Source: Histomonas meleagridis 2922-C6/04-290x
Taxonomy: Eukaryota; Protista; Parabasalia
NCBI GenBank assembly: GCA_020184695.1
Contig: JAANOX010000008.1
Coordinates: 1 to 64,000, forward strand
DNA: 64,000 nt
Direction: 5' to 3'
In this document: positions 33,991 through 45,500 of the stretch, piece by piece
How the letters are laid out: each line of letters begins with the position of its first letter
Position numbering within the stretch: the stretch's first letter is position 1
Made by a program: the position numbers and the translations under genes
The notes under the pieces: generated by a model
Told to the model about the DNA's origin: nothing
What the model saw: only the letters and a program-made list of their open reading frames with translations
Database searches by the model: none

Positions 33991-35402
33991 ATATATAAAT
34001 TGTTATTAACTTCATAATAAAAATAATAGGAACTTTAAAATTATATTTTTATGCGTGCTTATTGAATCAAATTTATTGCGCTGTGTTTACAAAATTTTTG
34101 TATAAATTTGTGTGCGGGACAAAAGTAATTTTATGAATTGACAACAAAGAAATTTCATGCCGATGAACAGTGGCAGTTTCTTATTGGTTAAACTTTTTGA
34201 ATAATTTTCTCCTCAAGAAGTTGTGTGGAGAACTAATCGATATCCCTGGAAGATAACGCTGTAGACTTCTATTTCCAATTAAACTGGTTCAAATAAAACG
34301 ACAATACGATAGATAGAAAATTCGATGAGAAAAATGTAAACATGTCGAATTCGACAACTAGATCATTTCCATTTTATTCTAAAATATCTCTTTTTTATTC
34401 AATTTTTTTCAGAAGAATTTCTAATTTTTCATCGAGAATCTTGGCTGTTGATATCTAAGACCAATGTACCATTTATTCTTGCATTAATATGGGTACCTCC
34501 TTGGAAAAAAATTTTATTCTCCATTGATGACCAAGTTTTTGTATCAAATCATTAAAAATCCTGTCCTCTTCTCTTGTCCATGAAGCGTAGTTTCTTTTTT
34601 AATAATTACATCCTTTGGTTCATTTGTGAGGCACAAAAATCTTGAGATTAAATTTGCCTTCCTTCGTTTGACGTTATTAAGTTGTATGTTGAAGAGATTT
34701 ACAATTTTTGATAAACTATTCAATGTTGAACCACATCAAATTGGCTGGTTTACTGTTAGTTACAACAACATTTTAATGCAATACGAAATGATGCTGTGTT
34801 AGGCCACCAAATTAGAGACAGTTGCAATGAAGGGCGTACGATTGTATGGTTCCTAGTACAATAAAAAGGTTCGACACTGTTTCATTTTTCCGAGCGACTG
34901 TCTCTAACATTATTCAAAAAGATGGCTCTGTGCTATTCTACTTTTTACAAGCTTTTGATATACAAAAAGTGGGAAGTCTCACAATTGCTCATGACTTTTT
35001 GTGTAATATCGAAAAAATTGAAAAGTAAGAATATCAGAGATAATGTATCCATTCATTTTGCATCTTAATGATCTTGTAGGTGTTTTGAGAGTAAGCATTT
35101 CTTCTCGAATATTATTTGCAATTACAGGATGCGAATTCAAAAGTTCGATTGCAATTTCCATCTAAGAGTATTTATGCATATAAGCATAATGCAAAACTTT
35201 ATTAGGATGCACTGTATTTGATTGTTCGTAATGATCATATGCCCAATCTGCAAGCAGTCTTTCATTATTCTTCGCTGCACTTATATAAGGCGTGAATAAA
35301 GGAATCAAGTGATATCACTAGTTAATGGTTGTTCTGACGCAGTTTCATTGAAAATTTCTTGAACATACATCTCACTAATTTTAATGTTCATAATATTTCT
35401 CA

Positions 35403-35755
35403 CAGGGGTTCCGATTTTACGGTTCCGAACCGTTTAATTTTATTCAACAAAGACGAACCTGGCGGTTTGGTTGAACCATTCGATTTTGGAACCGGAACTT
35501 TTAAAAAAAAAAAATGGTGACACAATCACCCTTTTCACCCCACCATCCCCACCCCCCTTCCATAAAAATTGAATGCGGTTCGAACCTGCTGTTCAACTGC
35601 TTTCTATCGTTTTTTCCCCAGATTCAACTTAAGACGAACCTTGGCGGTTTGTCACTTTTCTCGGTTCAACTAAAAATGACATGAACATGGTTCGAACCGC
35701 ATGGAAATTTTGAACGTACGGTTCAACTAACGGTTCGGAACCTTCGGAGACTCTG
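35403..35755. mobile_element. hAT-like MITE (353 bp)
   Basis: CAG...CTG ends. Perfect 14-bp subterminal IR (35421-35434 / 35729-35742). Flanks ATTTCTCA / ATTTCTGG share 6 of 8 bases as a possible TSD. Internal repeats of GGTTCGAACC, CGGTTCAACTAA and AAGACGAACC(T)TGGCGGTTTG. Confidence 0.65.
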
Positions 35756-36269
35756 ATTTCTGGAATATATTTGAATATATTTGAATTTATTTTAATAACA
35801 TAATTAAACTCTTCATATGTTTTAATAAAAATCCTTTTTCGAATCATCAAACGTATATTTTTTGGAATGCAATTAATCACATTTTTGATATGTTATTTTT
35901 TGTAATTTAAAAAGTGATCACATGCCTAAAATTGAAAAACCCAATATTGACTTGGTTTGTTTTACGTGAAAAACAATTACTTAAAAACGAATTATAAAGG
36001 CGAATTCAATGAGTATGTGAGATTAACCATTAATTTTCTTTTCTATACACAAAGGAATAAACTGAAAATCAAAACTCAGAAGCGAATTGAGTTTGAAACG
36101 ATGGTTTTTGTGCTTTTTATGAATATCGTTTTTACCGTATTTAAAAAAAATTAAGCAGTCTATAAATATAATGAATAACTTCAGAATACACAAATAGTTA
36201 AATATTTTTTAATATAAAAGAGTTAGATAGAATGGGAATTCTAACTGTCTTTTCTTTATATGATCAAGT

Positions 36270-36710
36270 ATTACGAATGAAACTTTATATCAAAAAATAA
36301 TCAACTTTTAATACATTATATGTTGGATAGTCCAAGATATGGAATCAATGATATAGTTAGAAATATCACAATGATGAAAATAGATACGGTGGATTATTTA
36401 AATGATTTATTTGACTCAATCAATGAAAATCCTATACGAATTCCAATGAAAATTTGTTTCCACTATACTTTATCAAATAGAAGAATAATTTATATGTACA
36501 AATTTCCATTTAAATTATGATGAACAATTACTGCTCATAAAAGTCAGGGATAGACATTGTATCGGGTTGCCATAAATATTGGAGAAAAATCATTTGCACA
36601 TGGTTCATTTTATGTTGCGCTTTCACAAGTTAAATCATTAAACAACATATTGCTTTTTGGCTTGAAAAATGGCCGGAAAATAGAAATTTGTTTCACATGA
36701 ATCCACAAAT
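36270..36710 (+). pseudogene. Pif1-family helicase C-terminal fragment (Helitron-like)
   Basis: Reading through stops gives YKFPFKL**TITAHKSQG*TLYRVAINIGEKSFAHGSFYVALSQVKSL, which matches Pif1 motifs V-VI (TxHKSQGxT...HGxxYVALSR). Confidence 0.85.
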
Positions 36711-37055
36711 TCAATTTGAAGAAGCACAAAATGGTGAAAATATCTTTGAATATGTAAAAAATGATAATTTCTTTTGGTATTTTGTTTAATTTTAATCAAA
36801 AGTTATTTTGTGATTCTTTAAATTTTTTAATTATCAAATTTATACAATTTTAAGAATATTTATTTGTAAGTTATTAAATAGTATTTTTTTACTTTAACAT
36901 TATTTTTATATAATTTGTGTTGTGCAAACCACGCGAAGCGAATATTGTTGATTTCCAGTTTAAAAAATCATTTTCCTTTTCACATATTAAAACATAATTA
37001 TCAAAGCAAAACAAATAAAATTATTGAATGATTTATTTTAAGAACCAAATCTAAC

Positions 37056-40000
37056 TCAAATCACAATTAAATCATCTTCAGAGTTGGTAATTTCTCTAGT
37101 TTGCACAGTATAAAAACTAATTGGGGAACTTACAGCCTCCAAAATGTGGTTATAACATATATCAGCGCATTCTTCTTTACTTCCGACTCTAACTATTAAC
37201 ATCATAGTTGATAAATAGTCCTGAGTTTGTACGTAATTTACCAAACATTGGAATATTTTATCTTTATTTTTACCGAAATTACTTTCGCCAACGTATGGGT
37301 TTGCAATTTCAGTTGTTCTTGTTTCGATTAAATGTTTTAATAACTTATCTTCTTTTTCGAACTTCAGCTCGAAATAACCCGCTGGCGTTATCACCTTAGC
37401 GAAGTTATCTTTTTTCACGTTTTTCTCGGACCAATAAACGCAAGGATAAGGGAAACATAAATAATTATCTTTATCCGATGTTAATATTAGAAAGTCATTA
37501 CAAAATATGATTTTAATTATTTGGTTCTTACTAAAAGATATTAAACGTGGCATATTAAACATATTACCATAAAATTTACGAAAGATTGTGTTAAATTGTG
37601 ATTGAAATATATGACGAATTTGTGATCGAATATTAATAATCTTCGCAGATGTGAAATATAAAATTCCATTGTTACCTTGCGCAGATATTTGTGGTATTAA
37701 AGGGATATCAAACATTTGAATTATATTTCGTGTCGCAATATATTGTAATGATTTAAATGCATCTTCTGCTTTATTCTCTTGTTCATTAAATTTCGATATA
37801 AATGAATTAATGATTGATACATCATCAATTTCATCAATTATATGTCGACAAATCTCTTTAAGTAAATATGAGACATTTAATACCCAATGAATTGGATAAA
37901 ATATCATTAATAAATTCATTGCTAACGCTATGTTTTTATTATTAGTATTTGTAGGCTTAATATAAGGTTGACAATCTTTACCAATCGTATGATCGATAAT
38001 TCCAGTTAAATCATTTGTAATTTTATTAATATAATTCGTTATATCAATTATACCAAACAATTGTAAGAAATGATGTAATGAAATCGAGAAATCAAATGTT
38101 TCATCTTGGAAACGATTAAACAAACTTTCATGAACAAATAATATTCGATTTGTTATATCTAATACTTCATTCCATGAATAATTACTTTTGTTTTGTGATT
38201 GACAAAATCCTTGAAGTAATAATAATGATTCATTACGAATTTTCGCTAAGTTATATATCTTTTCTAATATTAATTGTCTTTTCCATGAATGGAACAAAAA
38301 TGATTTACATTTTGGATCAGTACATAATAAATACGGCTGATCACGTCCATTAATTCTCATTAATCGATAATTCTTATTTAATAATATTTTTATTATTTCA
38401 TAATTATTAGCTATAGCTGCATAATGTAATGGATGCATTCCTTGTGCATTTTGTGCATTAACATTTCCATTTTTACTAATCAAATATTGAATGACATTAA
38501 CATTACCTGAAATGACAGCAAAATGTAATGGAGTCATTCCATTTTTATCACATGAATTAATAGGATAACCTGCTTCGATTAATTTTTGGATATTTTGTAA
38601 ATCGCCTTGTTTAACAAAACCATTTAATTTGTTTTCGACATCATTCGAATGTAATAATGCTATACATTCTTGATGTTGATTTTCAAATGCATAATCTAAT
38701 GGAGTTTTATCATATTTATCATGTGAATTTAATGATCGTTTTATTTCTGGCGTAATATTCGATAATAAATCTTTTAATATTTGATATATACCTTTCATAC
38801 AAAATAAATGAAATATGTTTTGATCATATTTATTAACTTCTAATAATGACAAAGTAGTAATTTTTGATATCTTTTTAACAATTGATAAAAATGAATCATC
38901 ATTAATGACATGGAATAATGTATTACCTTTATTATCTCTTTGCTCAAAAGTTTTCATTTCTTTGATTAAAACTTTCGATGCTTTAATGTTCTTAGATATA
39001 AATGCATAAAATAATGGAATTCGACCTTTAGAATCCTTTTCATCTAATAATTCCCTTTTTAATGATATTATATTTAATAAATTTGATGGATTACCTAATG
39101 ATGTCAAATGTAAAATTGATACATTTGTAACTTTTTTATCAGAAAATGATTTAAATGCTTTTAGATGTTTCTCAAGTTTAGGATTTATTAATTTTAAGAC
39201 TGGACAAGAAACTTTATTATTTGGTAAATTAATATTCTTTTCTAAAAGTGAGAAATTAGAAATAAATGTTTGGATTTCCTTAAAATTAATTTTATATTTT
39301 TTCTTAATGTTTTCAGATGTTAATTGAAATTGATTTGTTACACCAAATGCAACATCAATACAAAATGGTGTTAATCCACATTTACATTCAGCATCAATTT
39401 TAGTGTTACTTAATTCATCAACTGATTCTTTGTTACCTGAAAGTACTGCATACATTAATGGAGTCATTCCAAATTTATCTTTTTCATTAAGTTTTAATTT
39501 CGATGATTTATATAAACTGATGATTTTCTTAAGTAAATTAATATTTGAACATGCAGCTGCATAATGAAGTATTGTGGCACCACGCGCATCTTTATGATTA
39601 ATGTCACATTGCTTATTTTCTATTAATGTAAGTGCTGCATCAAGTAAATTTCTTTTAATTAATCGAATTAAAAATGAATCACCATCCTCATCTACAATTG
39701 ACGGTGATATATTTGTCTGAATTAATTCCATTACAATTTGACTATTGGCTAAATCTGCTGCTAAAAATGCTGCTTTAGTAATTTGGGATTCAGAGGAAAA
39801 TAATCGTATAACCGAAATCGTTTTAACAGATTTTGATGTGACTGCTATTTCTAATGGTGATAACCCATTAGCATCAACAACATTGGTGGACGCACCTGCT
39901 TTAATTAAGTAATGTGCAATGGAGTAATATCCAAGTGAGGCTGCTACATGTAATGCTGTATATTCTTGTTTACCTGCAGCTAAATCTAACTTGTCAGAAA

Positions 40001-40676
40001 CTGTAGAAAATGGTGACTCAACAAGATATGTTACCGCTAAAAGTTTTTGTGATGAAACTGCTGAATGTAATGAAGGTAAACCATTATAACTTTTAATAAG
40101 TTCAGCTATTTCTGTTTGCTCAATAATTAACGCTAAATCATATGGTGACATGAATTTTAGGCGGCGATGACCTAAATATGATGATGAAGATTCTGCACCA
40201 ATAATTAAGGAATCAACTGGATTAATATTCTTTTCAAGTAAAAAACGAACTGCTTCAATTTGCCCATAAAATATTGCAAAATGTATTGGAAGCCATCCCA
40301 TTGTTGATTTATCATATAATAATGTAGAAGATCGTTGAAAGATATTGAGGAGTTCAACATTACCTTTAATCGCAGCAATATGACCTGGGGTAATACTTTT
40401 ATTATTATAAAAATGATTTTTTGGAAAATGTTTAACAATATAATTACTAACCTTTAAAGAGCCATTGTTTGCTGCATAATGAAGAATAGTATTGCCAGTA
40501 TAATCATCAAGTGTTAAGCATTCGTTTTCAGTATCTTTTAAAACTTCTTTAATTGCTTCTTTATTATCTGTTGAAGCCCAACTATGAAGTACAAGAGCAC
40601 CCGTTTCAGGAATGGTAATTGCGTTCAAAATATTATAATTACGTGGTGATTTTTTTTCTTGATTCGGTTTACTCAT
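37056..40676 (-). CDS. Ankyrin-repeat protein with degenerate DH/PH-like C-terminus (about 1206 aa)
   Basis: Many ankyrin repeats (GNTILHYAA, GMTPLHFAV, GRIPLFYA). The first ATG at 40676 (MSKPNQ) is preferred over the TTG at 40760. Confidence 0.85.
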   Translation of the reverse strand: MSKPNQEKKSPRNYNILNAITIPETGALVLHSWASTDNKEAIKEVLKDTENECLTLDDYTGNTILHYAANNGSLKVSNYIVKHFPKNHFYNNKSITPGHIAAIKGNVELLNIFQRSSTLLYDKSTMGWLPIHFAIFYGQIEAVRFLLEKNINPVDSLIIGAESSSSYLGHRRLKFMSPYDLALIIEQTEIAELIKSYNGLPSLHSAVSSQKLLAVTYLVESPFSTVSDKLDLAAGKQEYTALHVAASLGYYSIAHYLIKAGASTNVVDANGLSPLEIAVTSKSVKTISVIRLFSSESQITKAAFLAADLANSQIVMELIQTNISPSIVDEDGDSFLIRLIKRNLLDAALTLIENKQCDINHKDARGATILHYAAACSNINLLKKIISLYKSSKLKLNEKDKFGMTPLMYAVLSGNKESVDELSNTKIDAECKCGLTPFCIDVAFGVTNQFQLTSENIKKKYKINFKEIQTFISNFSLLEKNINLPNNKVSCPVLKLINPKLEKHLKAFKSFSDKKVTNVSILHLTSLGNPSNLLNIISLKRELLDEKDSKGRIPLFYAFISKNIKASKVLIKEMKTFEQRDNKGNTLFHVINDDSFLSIVKKISKITTLSLLEVNKYDQNIFHLFCMKGIYQILKDLLSNITPEIKRSLNSHDKYDKTPLDYAFENQHQECIALLHSNDVENKLNGFVKQGDLQNIQKLIEAGYPINSCDKNGMTPLHFAVISGNVNVIQYLISKNGNVNAQNAQGMHPLHYAAIANNYEIIKILLNKNYRLMRINGRDQPYLLCTDPKCKSFLFHSWKRQLILEKIYNLAKIRNESLLLLQGFCQSQNKSNYSWNEVLDITNRILFVHESLFNRFQDETFDFSISLHHFLQLFGIIDITNYINKITNDLTGIIDHTIGKDCQPYIKPTNTNNKNIALAMNLLMIFYPIHWVLNVSYLLKEICRHIIDEIDDVSIINSFISKFNEQENKAEDAFKSLQYIATRNIIQMFDIPLIPQISAQGNNGILYFTSAKIINIRSQIRHIFQSQFNTIFRKFYGNMFNMPRLISFSKNQIIKIIFCNDFLILTSDKDNYLCFPYPCVYWSEKNVKKDNFAKVITPAGYFELKFEKEDKLLKHLIETRTTEIANPYVGESNFGKNKDKIFQCLVNYVQTQDYLSTMMLIVRVGSKEECADICYNHILEAVSSPISFYTVQTREITNSEDDLIVI

Positions 40677-40946
40677 TTGTAATTTTAATGAAGTATATTT
40701 TTTGGTATTGAATTGAAAATGATCGTATTTTGGGACACCCTCACTTTTGCTGTTGCACAAAGAGATATTTCAAAATAATTATTGGTTAGGATGCAAAACG
40801 CCCTCCATTTTGCGGTTTTCGAACGATAGGAAATTTGAAAGGAAAAAAAATGGCAATAAAAATATTCGACTTTTGATAAGGAGATCAAAGTCATATCAAA
40901 AAGTGAATAATGGCAAAATATCTTATTGGGGGGTCTGATACACTTC

Positions 40947-41885
40947 GAAATCATTTTTTTAATAAAAATATTTCAAATTATGATTAGTTTTATAAGAAAT
41001 ATCACCAATTATTGCTTTCCAGCATTTTTCAAATGTATTTCCTATATTTCTTCGAAAGCATCATTTATGGATATATGATTCGAGATAATTTCTATCTCTA
41101 AATCCATTTTTTATGAGGTATCCTTTTATTAGATTCCATGTACCTTCTATTTTTAGAGTATTTGCCTCAGTAATTAAATCTACAAAATTTTCTGAGTGAT
41201 TTACTGTTTTGTGTACATAACCTAAATCACTAAGAGTATTATATGGCTTCCATTCATCAGACCAAATTTCTGAATTAGGTCTAATCGTTGAACAAATAAT
41301 TGGAATGAGAACTTCTTTCGATCTATTTTCGCAAATCTCAGCAACAACTCTCATTGTTTTACTGTCTATTTCGCCAAAAACCCAAATTTCTTCTTTTTCC
41401 AATGCACTTCCTTTGTTGTATTTAGCACCGAAAAAATGACTTTCATCAATTTCGACTATTCCATCACCAAGTAAATTCTGAGCTATATCTTTTCGATATT
41501 CTTTTTCTGCAATAGATCGAAAAGTTTGAAACCATGTTATTACTGATCGTTCACATACACCTGTAATTTTAGATGTAGTTCTTATATCAAAACCTTCTAC
41601 CCAACATGCTAAAATGTGAACAAATCCCCTTAATGAAAATTTTGATTGTGATACCCATGAATCTAATCTGATTGATTTTGAATTTCTGCATTTACCTGAG
41701 CAGCATCTATATACAGCACCATCAGGGTAACTTGGTGAGAAATAAACTTTCATTAACGATTGACATTTCGGACATATTTGAATTTGGTGGATATCAGGAA
41801 TGATTCCCTGCTCAGAGGCCCATTTGATAAAGCTTTTGTCATTTAATTTTAACACTTTCTTAATGGTTTCGAATTGCAATTGCAT
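40947..41885 (-). pseudogene. Merlin transposase interrupted near the C-terminus by TGA (41061-41063)
   Basis: CPKC...YRCC...C Zn finger, VEIDES, IWVFG, IWSDEW, HKTVNHS and IEGTW motifs. The frame continues past the stop as CFRRNIGNTFEKCWKAII. Confidence 0.85.
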
Positions 41886-42072
41886 CAATATAAAATGATC
41901 GACTTTTTGACTACTTTACAAACAATAAATATGAATAAATTTTTATCGATAACCGTTATTCTAAATCTTATATATTTTATTTAATAACTTAAATATTATC
42001 GTTATGTCAAATATTTTGTCTGTCAAAATATATGTATTAATATGTATCAAATGCGAGCACCGAAGGTGCGAG

Positions 42073-42131
42073 CGGTTTCGATCGTTATCCATTGAAATAC
42101 GAAGTTTTTCAATGGATAACGATCGAAACCG
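42073..42131. repeat. Perfect 25-bp inverted repeat with a 9-nt spacer inside the Merlin element
   Basis: CGGTTTCGATCGTTATCCATTGAAA-tacgaagtt-TTTCAATGGATAACGATCGAAACCG. Confidence 0.97.
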
Positions 42132-42574
42132 GCCGTCAGGATGATGGATGGGGTGCCCTGATGTGGCATTTCTATTTTTCCTCAAATTTCCTATCGTTCA
42201 AAAACCGCAAAATGACGGGCCTTTTGCATCAGAGCCTAATTATTTAACAATTATTTTATATATTTAAAACAATACTCATATTATTATTTACAAAGGATAA
42301 AACAGAATTAGCAAAATTAATTTGATCAATTTATATTGGATTCTACAAATAATAATAAATATTTTTGATATTACAAAAATTGATATAAATACATTGGATG
42401 ATAAAATCGATATTAAATTATATATGTTACATGTTTTGACTTTCCTTTAAACGTTCATCAGCCAAAATATTCTGAGCTTATTTGGCTGCGGTAAATTTTA
42501 TTTCTGAGGGTAACGGATTATCTATAATTCAATATAATCTACAGTTTTCGTCTTGGGATTGAAATTAAGAAAGA

Positions 42575-45500
42575 ATGTTCTCACATGCCTCAGACTTTGA
42601 AGAATTAATCAAGAATAATACGGCACCATGTATGGTTGTAGTTATTGATCCAAATCTCAAAAAATCGATTGTTTCCACAGGAAAATCTTTTTTTCAAATG
42701 ATTCTTGATTATAGAAACAATGATACCAATCCATATCTCATTGACGGAAAAAAATTTTACTACAGAGCATATCTTTCGGAAGAATTTTTACAAAAAAAAG
42801 ATCCTGTTGGAACACATGATAAAATTATTCAAGCATTTACAGATTTTGGTTCTTTATTTTGCAATCAAGATTTTTACAAAAACTTTTCTATAACTATTCC
42901 AGAAGGTTTTAATGAAAAATATCCTGATTTCCATCTTAATAGTACATTTCCTCTTTCTTCATACATGACACATACTCCATGGTTTCTCTGGCTCCGACAA
43001 TATGTTTTCAATGAGCTTAGGTTTTCTAGAGGCGAATATCAAGATACACCGTTTATGTTTTTATTTATATGTGATTCTTCAAATGTCTCCAAAGTTAATC
43101 AAATTAAGCAAGAGTTTTTCGGCCAAGATCTTCCTGACATTCGAAACTATCAAGATCCTGCAGAAAATCGAAGATTTTATTCCAACATAAAATCATCATT
43201 AATTCTTTATTATGAGAAAGATCCACCTCATATCACTCAAAAGATCAAAGATTCTTTCCAAGTTATTAGTTTATTTGGTCCAAATGATAATGAAGAAAAA
43301 CTAATTGAAATAATTCAAAAACTTATTGAATCTCATTTTGTTGCAAATTACCGCACATTATCATATAAATTCAATAAATATTCTCAAAAGAAGGGTCTAT
43401 TTCGTGATCGTTTTACATTTAATGATTTATTAACATATTTGACATTGGAATATTCACTTGGAAACTATGAAAAAGCAAGTGAAGCAGTTGAATTCTTAAC
43501 CCAAAAGAGTTCAGCTAAAGAAGTAATTGAGTACACATCGTTCATCCAAGGAATTTGTTTTATGATGCTTCATAAAGATGATGCAACATTAAAAGAATTC
43601 AAAGCCAATTTAGCAAAACTTGTAACAAAACAATTCATCAGGAAGGTATCTATTGTGAAAAGAGTTTCAAGAATTCTTACATTTTTTAGCGCACTTGAAT
43701 TATATACATTTAATCCAAATTCACTTTCGAAACTTTTCTATCAAATTGACAAGTGCTCAAAACTAACAAAGTTTTGGCAATTTTCTTTATTACTTAAAGG
43801 TTTATGGTATGAAGAAATGGCTTTAACTTGTATAAAATTCGGTTGTAGAAGAAAAGTGGCATTACACTTCTTAACGGCCGCTATTTCATATCACAAGTCT
43901 GGAATTAAGGGTCATGATATAAGATGTTTTGCAAATACTCAATCTTTAATTTTAAACAATAACAAACAAGGTCCTGAACCTTGCTACATATGTGGGAAAA
44001 TTGATGATTCAAAATTTGTTCCTACATCTCCATATTGGCAAAATTTATCAAATTTTGCACTTTGGAAATTAGCACAATCATCAATTAAAATTAAAGGATT
44101 TAAGACTTGGTTGGATATTATTTTAGTTTTAATGGCTTCTCCATCAAATAATCTTGTCCCAGATGAAAAAATATTTTCACTTTTTCATGCATATTTTCAT
44201 AAATGTGGTATTGGAGAGACTTTAACTGTTACTGATATCCCGTTTATTACCATTGATCATGAAAATATTAAACATTCATCATATGGTGATTTTGCATCAA
44301 AAGATTATAATGAAAAAGACTTTCAAGAACTCATTCAACATCATAACTTACAGTATCGAAATGTTTCCAATAATTTTTCTTTATGGAATACTCCCAAATC
44401 TAAAGATCACAAACGAATTTCAATCGTTTGTGGCGAAGAATCTTCACTATTAATACCATTTATTAATTTCCGTAAAAGGGCGTCCATTAATCTTGATCAA
44501 ATACGACTCCAATCACCTGAGAACAATATAATTTCACATTTCAGCGAAGAATCGGTTTCATTGCGACCAAACACCCGTCAAATTTTAAAAGTGAAGTTCA
44601 CTGCCTCCACGCCGACTGAGTTTGTCATTAATCGAATTAATTTTATGTATTGGTATATCGTAAAAGATAGTTTACCATTACGAAACTTTTCATTTATAGC
44701 CTTAAATAATCGGCCATCATTACGTATTAATTTAATTAATTTTCCAAAACATTTAATGGAGTCACAATATTCACCATTTACATTACAAATCGAAAACTTT
44801 GGTACATCAGATTTAACCAATTTAATATTAATTCATAACATTCCATATTGGATTTCTATTAAAGATTCATATAATATCATTGAAAGGAATAATATAATGT
44901 CATGTTCCCTACTTAAAGAACCATTAAAACCTAATGAAACAATAAATTTAGAATGTAAAATCCGTGGAACTAAAATCGGGTACAAAACAATTCGAATGTT
45001 ATTTTCATTCTCTGATGAGAAACCATTTAATTGGCGACATTTCCCAGAAGAAAGAATTATATACATCGAGAAGAAAGAATCGATTTCACATAAATTCATT
45101 CAACATCCGATTAACTATAATCAATCGATATTATATTGTGACGTAATAACACAAAACAATTCATTAAATATTAACGAAGTAAATGTTAAAGGTTATAAAG
45201 TTACGAACAATGATAAAATAGAAATCCAACCGAATACTTCATTTACATTTATGAAAGAAATGAATGAAAATGATACAAATGAATTTAGTGAAGAAATGAT
45301 TAATAAGAATTATGAAAAAGGTTACATATTAGCAAACAATAAAAATGGTTTATACCAGTTTAACATCGAAGGCAAAATTCATAACAATTATTCATTGGTC
45401 TTCACAATCGATGCGCCTTCGATCGTGAAGTTGAACAATAAGGAAAAAGTAATCGACGTATATATAATAGTGCATAACATTGGAATAGAAGAGTCGCCGC

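Larger units (their letters stand above)
40784..42236 (-). mobile_element. Merlin (IS1595/ISXO2-related) DNA transposon, 1453 bp
   Basis: Starts GG and ends CC. About 55-bp TIRs whose inner 49 bp have 4 mismatches. Exact 8-bp TSD TAATTATT at 40776-40783 and 42237-42244. Encodes an ISXO2-like transposase. Confidence 0.92.

Noticed and set aside
35571-35700. tRNA T-arm-like GGTTCGAACC
   Set aside because: No acceptor, D or anticodon arms. It is better explained as MITE subterminal repeats.
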